NCBI GenBank assembly: GCA_041489155.1
Contig: JBGPQP010000002.1
Location: 37,262 to 101,261 of the forward strand
Direction of reading: 5' to 3'
Origin: Candidatus Aenigmatarchaeota archaeon
Lineage (GTDB): Archaea > Aenigmatarchaeota > Aenigmatarchaeia > QMZP01 > QMZT01
DNA length: 64,000 nucleotides
Below are positions 26,076-35,071 of this stretch, in pieces. The notes below the pieces were generated by a model. That model had not been told where the DNA came from, ran no database searches, and worked only from the letters and a program-made list of their open reading frames with translations. The translations under genes and the position numbers were made by a program. The stretch's first letter is position 1; every line of letters starts with the position of its first letter.

Positions 26076-26741
26076 ATGAGAGTGAAAGAAAACCTATCGG
26101 CGGTTAGAAAGCAGATCGAACAGGCAGCGAAAAAATCGGGGAGATGTGCCGAAGACATAGTTCTCGTCGGCATTTCCAAGACCGCCAGCGTCGAGCTAGT
26201 GAAAGAAGCCGTAGGCTGCGGTCTTGCCGACATCGGGGAGAACCGCGTGCAGGAAGCCGAAAAGAAATTCCCCCTGCTTTCCGGCGTCAGGAAGCATTTC
26301 GTCGGTCACCTGCAGTCCAACAAGGTAAAAAAAGCGGTTGAAATATTTGATGTCATCCAGTCTGTCGATTCAATCGAGATCGCCAGGAAAATCGATGAGC
26401 AAGCGCTTCGGATGGGCAAGACCATGCCTGTCCTCATCCAGGTGCGCACGGATGAAATGAAGGAGTTCGGGATAAGGCCTGTCGAAACCGAAAAATTTCT
26501 CAGGAAAGCGGCAAAGCTTGAAGGCACACGTATTCTGGGTTTAATGACAATCGGGCCGGCATTTGAAAATCCCGAAGATTCGCGTCACGTATTCAGGGAA
26601 ACGAAAAAGCTTTTCGACTCGCTAGCGCGAATACCGCACGTGGAAATGCGCTATCTCTCTATGGGCATGAGTTTCGATTTCAGAATAGCGATAGAAGAAG
26701 GCGCAAACATGGTGAGAGTGGGAAGGGCAATTTTTGACTAG
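26076..26741 (+). CDS. yggS: YggS-family pyridoxal-phosphate homeostasis protein (PLPBP)
   Basis: LVGISKT (PLP lysine), IGENRVQEAEKKF, HFVGHLQSNKVKK, LSMGMSFDF. Start directly abuts the NYN gene stop. Confidence 0.85.
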   Translation: MRVKENLSAVRKQIEQAAKKSGRCAEDIVLVGISKTASVELVKEAVGCGLADIGENRVQEAEKKFPLLSGVRKHFVGHLQSNKVKKAVEIFDVIQSVDSIEIARKIDEQALRMGKTMPVLIQVRTDEMKEFGIRPVETEKFLRKAAKLEGTRILGLMTIGPAFENPEDSRHVFRETKKLFDSLARIPHVEMRYLSMGMSFDFRIAIEEGANMVRVGRAIFD

Positions 26742-26998
26742 AATGCGGGCCCGTTTTTTGAAAATTGCAGATAAAAATAAAAATCACAAAATCAAAATAT
26801 TATATGCATGTTTTGAAGAAATATCAACTGTTTTTTCCGCATGCAAAACATCCTTGTTACCAGCCGGCGCCTGTATATTATTCTAATACATATTTTTCAC
26901 GAAGTAACCCAAGGGATAAGGCGATAGAAACCTATTTCAGAAGAGGACAAATCCACCACAAATACCACAATTCAGGAAAACATTAAGCCACAAAAAGT

Positions 26999-27970
26999 TC
27001 ACGCACCGGTCCTGAGCTCGCTTTTTATGCTGCTGACGAAATACGCTCCTATCAGGATGAGGACGCTACCTAAAAGCTGGATTACCGGCAGCGGTTCGCC
27101 GAAAAACATGATGCCGATCAATAGCGACACGACAGGCGCGAGCAGCAGCAACGCGGAGGCCTTCGAGACGTTTATGTAGCGTATGCTCCTGTACCAGAAG
27201 TAAACGTAGGCGAAGAGGAATATCACGGAAACGAATATGTTGTTCCACTGCTCCACGGTCAGGTAGAAAAGCATGTCGAGCCTGTTAACGAACGCAGCGA
27301 CGCCGAAAAGTATCACGCCTCCGAAGAACATCCTGGCGAACGAGACTACGAGGTGATTGCCTCCTTCAGTCATTACTTTTCTGGCAGCCACGTTTTCGAC
27401 GGCCCACATTATTGCAGCGCCTATGATCAGCATATCACCCATCTGCGGGTTGCTCCACCATTCGGTTGGCTCGATCTGAGAGGCAAAAATGAAGAACGTC
27501 CCGGCCAGCATCAGGCCAAGCGCATAAACCTGTTTCCTGGGTATCCTTTCCTTAAGGAATATGAAGGCGAAGACAGCGATGTACAGGGGGAGGGTTTTTT
27601 GGAGGAACGCGGCCCTGCCTGCAGTCGTCAGGCTAAGGCCGGTGAAGAACATGAGGAAGGCGAAGGCTCCTCCTATTACCGCTATCAGTGCCAGGTATTT
27701 CCAGTGCTTTTTAAGCTCGTTCCTGTGGAGGCTGTGCGTCCCGAAGGAAAGCAGAAGGAATACGAAGCCTATTATTATCGCCCTGACCGCGGTGAAAATT
27801 GTGGGATCGATGTCAACCACGAAAATCTTGTTGAGGGGGATGGAAATACCGCTTATGACCGCGGCGAACAGGGCGAAAACCGTCCCTATGATTTCCCTGC
27901 TCCTGCCTGTCTTTTTCAAGGGTTTTGCAGGTTCTTTTTTCTTCTCTTTTGCGGTTCTGCCCTTTCTCAT
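26999..27970 (-). CDS. EamA/DMT-family transporter
   Basis: About ten hydrophobic helices in two EamA-like halves. K-rich N-terminal leader. ATGA overlap with the upstream gene at 27967-27970. Confidence 0.75.
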   Translation of the reverse strand: MRKGRTAKEKKKEPAKPLKKTGRSREIIGTVFALFAAVISGISIPLNKIFVVDIDPTIFTAVRAIIIGFVFLLLSFGTHSLHRNELKKHWKYLALIAVIGGAFAFLMFFTGLSLTTAGRAAFLQKTLPLYIAVFAFIFLKERIPRKQVYALGLMLAGTFFIFASQIEPTEWWSNPQMGDMLIIGAAIMWAVENVAARKVMTEGGNHLVVSFARMFFGGVILFGVAAFVNRLDMLFYLTVEQWNNIFVSVIFLFAYVYFWYRSIRYINVSKASALLLLAPVVSLLIGIMFFGEPLPVIQLLGSVLILIGAYFVSSIKSELRTGA

Positions 27971-28491
27971 CTCTTCGACCCCTTCATCCTCCCCGCATAA
28001 ACAGGATTTATCTTCTCAGAAATATAATCGTAATGCACGCTTACCCAGTCCTTCGCTGCCAGCCCGTGGGCGAAATCGTTCCTGAAAAGCCTGTCGCCGA
28101 GAGGCGTCCTCACGAGGATGTTGCCTTCGTTTATTTTCAGAACCCTGCCGGGGTGAACTAGGCAATCCTCAAGCTTCAGCTCGGGCCGCACCTGCTGCCT
28201 CCATTTTATCGCGTTTTCATGCTCTACGAGGAAATATCTTCTGATTACCTCGGCGTCTATCTCATGCTTGCCCATCTGCTTTGCGATTATCGTGCACATG
28301 CGTGCGGCGACATTGAAGACTTTTTCTATCGGTATTGCCGTTCCGCTTCCGTTCCTCACCGCTTCGTTGAGGCTGTCCAGCACTTCGCCTTTCAGCTCGC
28401 CCCTTTTCACCAGGAATTCCCCGCACGGGATCGCATAGCGTAAAAACAATTCCCTGTCCTTTATCGGCAGCACCTTGAACATAATGATCAA
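27967..28491 (-). CDS. hypothetical protein with C-terminal HypC/HupF-like OB domain
   Basis: The C-terminal CLVHPGRVLKINEGNILVRTPLG...AKDWVSVHYDYISEKI parallels the HypC pattern MCLxxPGxVxxI...GDYVLVHxGFAIxKI, but the Cys is internal. The N-terminal ~115 aa are unknown. Confidence 0.45.
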   Translation of the reverse strand: MIIMFKVLPIKDRELFLRYAIPCGEFLVKRGELKGEVLDSLNEAVRNGSGTAIPIEKVFNVAARMCTIIAKQMGKHEIDAEVIRRYFLVEHENAIKWRQQVRPELKLEDCLVHPGRVLKINEGNILVRTPLGDRLFRNDFAHGLAAKDWVSVHYDYISEKINPVYAGRMKGSKR

Positions 28492-28507
28492 TTAATCTCT
28501 CAATCTC

Positions 28508-28666
28508 TCAAAGCTTTTCTATCACGAAATCGTTGAACACGAGCACTTTGTCTCCCCTTCTCACCTTTATGAACTCGGCATTCGCCTTCCTTCGCACGCC
28601 GTCGAAGTCGACAAGCGCCTGTCCGCCCTCAACACCAACGACTTTCCCGGTCAACGCCAAACACAT
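28508..28666 (-). CDS. small HypC/HupF-family protein (52 aa; not in the supplied ORF track)
   Basis: Hand translation of the minus strand gives MCLALTGKVVGVEGGQALVDFDGVRRKANAEFIKVRRGDKVLVFNDFVIEKL*. It has the N-terminal Met-Cys-Leu and the C-terminal GDxVLV...F(A/V)IEKL pattern of HypC. Confidence 0.55.
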   Translation of the reverse strand: MCLALTGKVVGVEGGQALVDFDGVRRKANAEFIKVRRGDKVLVFNDFVIEKL

Positions 28667-28714
28667 GTTACCTTTTCTTAATATGGATTACGGCTAAATA
28701 AAAGTTTCAATTTG

Positions 28715-29626
28715 TCATATGCCCTTCAGCAGGTAAAGCATTATCGCTTTCTGTGCGTGAAGCCTGTTCTCGGCCTGGTCGAAAACAACAGATTGCGGGC
28801 CGTCTATGACGTCATCGGTTATTTCATGTCCCCTGTGGGCAGGCAGGCAGTGCATAACTATTGCGTCATGTTTAGCATGCTGGAGGAGTTTTGCGTTGAG
28901 CTGGTAAGGCTTCAGGTCGGCGATTCTCTGGTCGGCGTTTTCCTGGCCCATCGACACCCACGCATCCGTGTGCACGACGTCAGCGTCCTTTATGCCTTTC
29001 ACCGGGTCGTGCTCTATCTTTATGCTGCCCTTCGCGTGCTTCTTCGCGCGTTCCACGAGCGAAGGGTCGGGCATGTATTCCTTCTTCGGCGGGCAGACGC
29101 CGACGACGTTGGACCACATCTTGGAGAAGCCTATCATGGTCGAGTTGAACATGTTGAAGCCGCAGTCGCCGAGGAAGACGACCTTGAGATCCTCGAGCTT
29201 CCCTTTCTTTTCCATTACCGTCAGCATGTCGGCCATGGTCTGGCACGGGTGGAATTTTTCGCTCAGACCGTTTATAACAGGGATTTTCGAGACAGCGGCC
29301 ATTTTTTCCAAATCGCTGTGCTTGTTGACCCTCGCCATTATGATGTCGCAGTATCTTTCAAGCGTCTTGGTGGTGTCTTCTATTGTCTCGCCGCGGCCAA
29401 GCTGCGTCGTTCGCATGTCTATGAAAATCGCATGGCCGGCGAGCTGGGTCATCCCTGTTTCGAACGACACGCGCGTCCTGGTCGAAGGCTTTTCGAATAG
29501 CATGGCAAGCGTCTTGCCGTCAAGCTTCTCGTTAAGTTCGCCTGCTTTTATTTTGAGGGCGAGATCAAGCATGTGTTTTATCTCCTTTTCAGAAAAATCC
29601 AGCAGAGTCAGGAAATGTCTTGCCAT
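28715..29626 (-). CDS. argF: ornithine carbamoyltransferase
   Basis: STRTRVSFE (carbamoyl-phosphate site), HPCQ, DAWVSMGQE (ornithine site), HCLPAHRG. 303 aa. Confidence 0.9.
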   Translation of the reverse strand: MARHFLTLLDFSEKEIKHMLDLALKIKAGELNEKLDGKTLAMLFEKPSTRTRVSFETGMTQLAGHAIFIDMRTTQLGRGETIEDTTKTLERYCDIIMARVNKHSDLEKMAAVSKIPVINGLSEKFHPCQTMADMLTVMEKKGKLEDLKVVFLGDCGFNMFNSTMIGFSKMWSNVVGVCPPKKEYMPDPSLVERAKKHAKGSIKIEHDPVKGIKDADVVHTDAWVSMGQENADQRIADLKPYQLNAKLLQHAKHDAIVMHCLPAHRGHEITDDVIDGPQSVVFDQAENRLHAQKAIMLYLLKGI

Positions 29627-29674
29627 ACAACCACCTCAAGCCAAAATCGTTTTTTATAAATAACGCAACAGTCT

Positions 29675-30964
29675 TTAAAACCGTTTTCCATAATCCTTTG
29701 CCTTTTTCAGAACGAAAACCGCGTCTTCAACCGCGCTGTAGATGGGAAAGGTGTCGCCCAGGAAGAACTTCACTTTCTTATAATCCTCATCCCCCGGGGC
29801 GCAATCGACCACTATTTTTCCTGTCTTCAGCCGTTTCAGCAGTTCGAGCTCCTCGGGTTTGAGCAGGCAGGATTTCAGCTGATTTATGATGAGGATGGCA
29901 TCGACATTCCTGTCCTTCGCGACGATGTCCAGAACGAACTTGTATCTCTTTCCATCCGCATCAGCGGCCATGTCAATCGGATTCAGCACTTTTATCCTTG
30001 GATATTTCTGCGCTATTTTTCTTCTGGTATCTTCCGATAACTGAGCCAGCTCCAGGCCCAACTTGTGGCAGAAATCCGATGCTACTATTGATGAGCCCCC
30101 GGTGTTTGAAACTATTGCGATCCTGTTCATCGTCCTCCTCTCGTATCTTTCGAAGAGCTGGCCGCAGTTGAAAAGCTCGCGCACGCTTTCGACCTCCATC
30201 GCGCCCGTCTGCCTGAAGGCGGCTGAGTATATTTCAGCATCTGTTGAAAGCGAATCCGTATGCGTTAGCGCGCGCTCTTTTGATGCCTCCGATATCCCCG
30301 CTTTCAGGATTATGACTGGCTTGACCGAACGCCTGGCGACGGCCATGAATCTCCTCGGGTCCCTTATTGATTCGAGATACATGAGTATGACCTTAGTCTG
30401 CCTGTCCGCTGCCAGATATTCGAGCAGGTCGCATTCATTTACGTCGACAGCATCGCCTATCCATGCGAATTTCGAAATCCCGGCGGAATTCGATATCATG
30501 TAATCAAGCATCGTCACGCCTATCCCGCCTGATTGCGAAACGACCGATATCCTGCCGGGCCTCATTTTCATTTCTCCCTCGAACGTCGTGTTAAGCGAGT
30601 TCTGGGTATTCAAAAGGCCGCAAACCGAGTTTGGACCCAGTATGCGATACCTAGAAGCGAAGGCTTTCAGTTTCTTTCGCTGCTCGCTATTGAAACCGCC
30701 GGAAAGGATGAGCAGGCATCTGGTCTTGAGCTTCGGCAGGATTTCGAGGATTTTATCGGGCGGCAGCGTAACTACGGCAAGGTCGCAGGGAGGGAATTCG
30801 CCTTTTTCCCCGGTGTCGCAGACAAACAGCTTTCCGGAAAAGCCCCGCAGATTGATTCCGACCCTCCTGAATATTTCAGGCGTTACCATCATGCCGGTTT
30901 CCTTCGCTTTCGATGAGCCTACCAAGAGAATGGACCTCGGGTTGAAAAAAGAAGCGATGTTCAT
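29675..30964 (-). CDS. acdA: acetate--CoA ligase (ADP-forming), alpha subunit (NDP-forming acyl-CoA synthetase)
   Basis: FFNPRSILLVGSS..., ILGPNSVCGLLN, VSQSGGIGVTMLD and LTHTDSLS (position of the phospho-His motif) match the CoA-binding/ligase-CoA domain order. Confidence 0.75.
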   Translation of the reverse strand: MNIASFFNPRSILLVGSSKAKETGMMVTPEIFRRVGINLRGFSGKLFVCDTGEKGEFPPCDLAVVTLPPDKILEILPKLKTRCLLILSGGFNSEQRKKLKAFASRYRILGPNSVCGLLNTQNSLNTTFEGEMKMRPGRISVVSQSGGIGVTMLDYMISNSAGISKFAWIGDAVDVNECDLLEYLAADRQTKVILMYLESIRDPRRFMAVARRSVKPVIILKAGISEASKERALTHTDSLSTDAEIYSAAFRQTGAMEVESVRELFNCGQLFERYERRTMNRIAIVSNTGGSSIVASDFCHKLGLELAQLSEDTRRKIAQKYPRIKVLNPIDMAADADGKRYKFVLDIVAKDRNVDAILIINQLKSCLLKPEELELLKRLKTGKIVVDCAPGDEDYKKVKFFLGDTFPIYSAVEDAVFVLKKAKDYGKRF

Positions 30965-30978
30965 ATATTAAATATGAA

Positions 30979-31677
30979 TTGGGTAAAATAATAATTATGA
31001 AAAACAATGCAGGCAGCCAGGCAGAAAAAAGACTGACCGAATTCGAGGCCAAAAATTTTCTCGCGAAGCATGGAATTCCCATAACAAAGGAATTTCTTGC
31101 GAAGACGCTACAAGAAGCAAAGAGGTTCGCGAACAGGATAGGCTATCCCGTGGCAATGAAAATACAATCGCCAGACATACTGCACAAAACAGATGCAGGC
31201 GGGGTTGAGCTGAACCTGAAAAACGGCGATGATGTTGCAAAGGCGTTCGACAGGATAATCAAGAATGCGAAAGACTACAACAAAAACGCCAAAATCCTCG
31301 GAGTCCTAGTGCAGGAAATGCTCACCGAAGGGCACCAGTGCATAATAGGCTCCAACAAGGACCCGCAGTTCGGGCCTGTGATCATGTTCGGCCTGGGCGG
31401 CATATTCGTCGAGGTGATGAAAGACGTTTCCTTCAGGATAATACCCATAAACAGGAAAGACGCAAAGGCGCTTATTTCTGAAATAAGGGCGTACGGCGTC
31501 CTTAAAGGCGTCCGCGGTTACAAGGCTGTAAATTTCAAGGCGCTTGAAGACACGCTTCTGAAAGTATCGAACATGATCTGGAAGGAAAGGAAAATAAAGG
31601 AACTGGACATAAACCCGCTGTTCGTCAGCCCGAAGGGCGTCAAGGCAGCGGATGCGAGGATCGTCCTGGAGATGTGA
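30979..31677 (+). CDS. acdB: acetate--CoA ligase (ADP-forming), beta subunit (ATP-grasp)
   Basis: LTEFEAKNFLAKHGIPITKE..., YPVAMKIQSPDILHKTDAGGVELNL and INPLFV are ATP-grasp_5 hallmarks. Divergent from acdA. Confidence 0.8.
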   Translation: MGKIIIMKNNAGSQAEKRLTEFEAKNFLAKHGIPITKEFLAKTLQEAKRFANRIGYPVAMKIQSPDILHKTDAGGVELNLKNGDDVAKAFDRIIKNAKDYNKNAKILGVLVQEMLTEGHQCIIGSNKDPQFGPVIMFGLGGIFVEVMKDVSFRIIPINRKDAKALISEIRAYGVLKGVRGYKAVNFKALEDTLLKVSNMIWKERKIKELDINPLFVSPKGVKAADARIVLEM

Positions 31678-31678
31678 G

Positions 31679-32287
31679 ATGAAATTCTTGATCGAGGGGG
31701 AAAGGTTAATCAAGAGATTTAGCCAGTCTAGGATGGTTCAATACAAACTTTATTTTGGTGCCGTCATTCTTTTTCTGGTGCCGGTATTTTACAATTATTA
31801 CAAGGTACAGCTCCCGGTACCGGATTTATACGTAATGATCGCGCCTGCCGCAATCGGCATCATACTGATCCTGATGGCGGAGCTGAAAACAAGGCTTGGC
31901 AACTATTACATAACCAACTACAGAATCGTAAGCTCAAGGGGCGCCCTGAAAAAAACAATAGATTCATGCACATACGACAAGATAGTCAATGTCAAGGTTA
32001 TGCAGAGTTTCGTGCAGAGGATTTTTGGAATGGGAACAATAGACATAACCACTTATCAAAGGACTGAAATACTCCTCAGCTCGATTTCGAACCCCAGCGA
32101 GATAGAACGTTTGATATACGGCGCTATGGAAAAACTGGCCGGCCAGCAGCCGTCAAAACCGGAAAGACAAGGAACACAGCAGCCTTCGCAGCAACAAAGC
32201 CCTCCTCAGCAGCCGCCATCGCCGCCGCCTTACCAGCCACCGCCTGGGGAGCAGCCTTCCGAAAAATCGCGGTTCAGATCTTTTTGA
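31679..32287 (+). CDS. membrane protein with bacterial-type PH (YdbS/DUF304-like) domain and P/Q-rich tail
   Basis: Two TM helices followed by YYITNYRIVSSRG...YDKIVNVKVMQSFVQRIFGMGTIDI. The tail is QQPSQQQSPPQQPPSPPPYQPPPGEQP. Start chosen at the ATG at 31679, just after the acdB stop. Confidence 0.55.
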   Translation: MKFLIEGERLIKRFSQSRMVQYKLYFGAVILFLVPVFYNYYKVQLPVPDLYVMIAPAAIGIILILMAELKTRLGNYYITNYRIVSSRGALKKTIDSCTYDKIVNVKVMQSFVQRIFGMGTIDITTYQRTEILLSSISNPSEIERLIYGAMEKLAGQQPSKPERQGTQQPSQQQSPPQQPPSPPPYQPPPGEQPSEKSRFRSF

Positions 32288-32300
32288 GCGAGGTTCTGAT

Positions 32301-32759
32301 ATGGACTGGAAATCCCACATGCTAGTTCCGCTTCTGCTGTACATCGCAATAATATTGATTTTCCAGTTCCAGTTTTTGTATTCTGTCCAGGCGCTTTTCC
32401 TCGTAATATTTTCAGCCTTCCTTCCGGAGCTTGACCACCCGCGCTCAGTTGCCAGGAGAATATTTTTCGTGATTTTGTTTTACGCGATGGTGTTCGCGAT
32501 AACCATTGAAGTGTCGATGGAAATGTGGCTCAAGTTCGTTGTGATAACCATGCTGCTGGTGCTGGCGAGATACGCTTACAAAAAGCTTCCGATAAGGCAC
32601 AGGGGCAAGCATTCGCTGCATCTGTGGCGCTACTGCCTCGTAATCCCGACTTTTTTCGTGTTTGTTTTCATGCTCGCAAACATAAATATCTCGCTGGCTT
32701 CATTTATAATTGTGGGATACGGCTCGCATCTTGCGCTAGACAAGATAAATAAATTTTAA
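32301..32759 (+). CDS. integral membrane protein (possibly DUF457/YdjM-like)
   Basis: Four to five hydrophobic helices with His residues near helix ends. No firm family call. Confidence 0.4.
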   Translation: MDWKSHMLVPLLLYIAIILIFQFQFLYSVQALFLVIFSAFLPELDHPRSVARRIFFVILFYAMVFAITIEVSMEMWLKFVVITMLLVLARYAYKKLPIRHRGKHSLHLWRYCLVIPTFFVFVFMLANINISLASFIIVGYGSHLALDKINKF

Positions 32760-32764
32760 GGGGG

Positions 32765-33076
32765 ATGGGAATGGAAAAGCAGGAAACGCTAATCGCACGA
32801 TATCAGGTGCTGGTCTCCGAGTGGAACACGGTTTCGATCGTCTGCGCGATCCTGTTCGCCTCGACGCTTGTTGGCCTTGTCTTCGGCCTCATTTACTTCA
32901 ACATGTCAGTGGTTTTCATAACGCTTGTGCTGATGTTCTCCTTCGCCACATTTGAATACCGCTCGAGAACGATATACGTGGATGCAAAGCGGGAGCTTGA
33001 AGAAGAGATTTTCAAGTACAGCGGCCTCAAAAAGGCGAAAAGGAAAGACCTGGTAAACAAAGGCCTGATCTGGTAA
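32765..33076 (+). CDS. small membrane protein
   Basis: Two adjacent TM helices (IVCAILFASTLVGLVFGLIYF and VVFITLVLMFSFATF) and a K/E-rich tail. Confidence 0.4.
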   Translation: MGMEKQETLIARYQVLVSEWNTVSIVCAILFASTLVGLVFGLIYFNMSVVFITLVLMFSFATFEYRSRTIYVDAKRELEEEIFKYSGLKKAKRKDLVNKGLIW

Positions 33077-33138
33077 GAAGTTTGATAGGAACTGTGTGTG
33101 CTATCTTTCTTCTATTATATTTTATAAAACAGGCTAGA

Positions 33139-33636
33139 TTATACCTCGATCCTGAAATCCTCCTTCATGACATTGAGGGCAACGTGGGTATTGGTTCTCT
33201 CCACGTATCTCATGGCTAACAGCGATTTTATGAACGCGCTCATCTCACTTCTTTTCCTGAACCTTGCCAGTATCAGTGCATCCGTCGAACCTGTTATATC
33301 ATAAACAGCGAAGACGTTTTGCATTGCAGCTATCTCTTTTTCGACTTCCAGCAGCTTGCCTTTGGAAACAACTATTTCTATCACCGCAGTGAGGTCGTAT
33401 CCAACCATTTCAGGATCCACTATTGCGGCGTACCCTTTCAGCAGGCCGGATTTCTCCATGGCAGAGATCCTGGTGGAAAGTGTTGTTATAGAGATTCCAA
33501 GCCTTCTGGACATCTTGCGCAGCGAGCGTCTCGCATCATGTGAGAGTTCCTTTATTATGCGCCTGTCAAGCTCATCCAAGGTTTTCATATGATCACCAAT
33601 TCCTAATTTTTGTGCATTTTTATAGATATTTGTCAA
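33139..33636 (-). CDS. lrp: Lrp/AsnC-family transcriptional regulator
   Basis: LDELDRRIIKELSHDARRSLRKMSRRLGISITTLSTRISAMEKSGLLKGY (HTH_AsnC) plus a C-terminal RAM domain. The start may be the Met at 33588. Confidence 0.9.
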   Translation of the reverse strand: MTNIYKNAQKLGIGDHMKTLDELDRRIIKELSHDARRSLRKMSRRLGISITTLSTRISAMEKSGLLKGYAAIVDPEMVGYDLTAVIEIVVSKGKLLEVEKEIAAMQNVFAVYDITGSTDALILARFRKRSEMSAFIKSLLAMRYVERTNTHVALNVMKEDFRIEV

Positions 33637-33680
33637 TCATATTTAAAAATATTGTTTCATTCGTCCAATAAAATGTGTAA

Positions 33681-35051
33681 ATGATTTATATTTTTAGGAT
33701 GAACAAAAATATTATGTCAACTGCGGACAAAAAAATCATCGTTGCGGCAGGGAAAAACGGCGTGAAATTCATAAATCTGCAGTTCACTGACATAATAGGC
33801 AACGTAAAAAACGTGACCATACCTGTGAAGCACCTGCCAAACGCCCTGGAGAAGGGAGTGTGGTTTGACGGCTCATCAGTCGAGGGCTTCGCCAGGATAC
33901 ACGAAAGTGACATGTTTCTGAAGCCGGATATTGCAACATACAGAGTGATACCATGGTACAAGGGCGAGGAAAAAACTGCAAGACTGATATGTGATGTGTA
34001 TACCCCTGACGGAAAGCCGTTCGAGAGCGATCCCCGATACGTTCTGAAAAAGACCCTGGAAGAAGCGAGAAAGATGGGCTTTGTGTTCAATACCGGGCCG
34101 GAACTGGAATTTTTCCTTTTCAAGAAGGACAACGGCGACATAAAACCACTTCCGCATGACAAGGGAGGGTATTTTGATTTGTCAATGGACCTCGCTTTCG
34201 AGGTAAGGAAGGATATGGTGCTTGCCCTTGAAAAAATGGGGATAGACGCAGAAGCATCGCATCACGAATGTTCTCACGCGCAACATGAAATAGATTTCCG
34301 TTATGACAATGCCTTGGCTACCGCAGATAATGCCATAACATTCAAGGCGACACTGAAGGCAATAGCCCAAAAACACGAACTGCACGCGACCTTCATGCCA
34401 AAGCCCATATTCGGCATAAACGGTTCGGGTATGCATGTACACCAGAGCCTTTTCGATACGAAAGGCGGGAGGAATCATTTCTACGACCCGACAGACAAAT
34501 ACAAACTGTCGAAAACAGCATATCATTACGTCGCAGGTCAGCTCGAGCATGTGAAAGGTATGGCGGCGATATTGGCGCCGCTCGTCAATTCATACAAAAG
34601 GCTCGTGCCTGGTTACGAGGCACCTGTCTACATATGCTGGGCCCAGATAAACCGTTCAGCCCTCATACGCATACCTAGGGTTTCAGAGGGCAGTGAAAAA
34701 TCGGTGAGATGCGAACTCCGCTGTCCTGACCCAAGCTGCAACCCTTACCTCGCGTTTGCAGTCATGCTCAAGGCAGGCCTTGACGGCATAAGAAGGAAGC
34801 TTGTTGCGCCTCCGCCGGTGGAGGAAAACGTTTACGATTTTGACGATTCAAAACTGAAGCGTCTTAACATCGATGTCCTGCCTCACTCTTTGTGGGAAGC
34901 CATAAGAGAGATGAAAAAGAGCAGAATAGTGCAGGAAGCGCTTGGCAGGAGGCTTTTCGAGAAATATATCGAGGCCAAAACCTCAGAGTGGGACGATTTC
35001 AGAACACATGTCACAGAATGGGAGATTAAAAGATATCTGGAAAACACATAA
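33681..35051 (+). CDS. glnA: glutamine synthetase type I
   Basis: VKFINLQFTDIIGNVK, GSSVEGF, NGSGMHVHQSL and RIPR...ELRCPDPSCNPYLAFA are GS-I motifs. The likely true start is the ATG at 33714 (MSTADKK). Confidence 0.9.
   Translation: MIYIFRMNKNIMSTADKKIIVAAGKNGVKFINLQFTDIIGNVKNVTIPVKHLPNALEKGVWFDGSSVEGFARIHESDMFLKPDIATYRVIPWYKGEEKTARLICDVYTPDGKPFESDPRYVLKKTLEEARKMGFVFNTGPELEFFLFKKDNGDIKPLPHDKGGYFDLSMDLAFEVRKDMVLALEKMGIDAEASHHECSHAQHEIDFRYDNALATADNAITFKATLKAIAQKHELHATFMPKPIFGINGSGMHVHQSLFDTKGGRNHFYDPTDKYKLSKTAYHYVAGQLEHVKGMAAILAPLVNSYKRLVPGYEAPVYICWAQINRSALIRIPRVSEGSEKSVRCELRCPDPSCNPYLAFAVMLKAGLDGIRRKLVAPPPVEENVYDFDDSKLKRLNIDVLPHSLWEAIREMKKSRIVQEALGRRLFEKYIEAKTSEWDDFRTHVTEWEIKRYLENT
33685..33693 (+). 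promoter_or_regulatory. candidate TATA box for glnA in the lrp-glnA divergent spacer
   Basis: TTTATATTT lies 21-29 nt upstream of the ATG at 33714, spacing compatible with a leaderless or very short-leader glnA mRNA. Confidence 0.3.
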
Positions 35052-35071
35052 TTTTCCGGCCAGGCCGTTCA

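Noticed and set aside
26742-26998. 257-nt AT-rich convergent intergenic region as a possible ncRNA gene
   Set aside because: It holds only a weak interrupted inverted repeat (ATGTTTTG ... CAAAACAT). I could not recognise any tRNA-, SRP- or RNase P-like structure or box motifs. It is most simply a pair of terminator regions.
28712-29663. Plus-strand ORFs of 262 aa and 231 aa opposite argF
   Set aside because: The minus frame contains all the OTC signature motifs (STRTR, HPCQ, SMG, HCLP). The plus ORFs are compositionally odd shadows.
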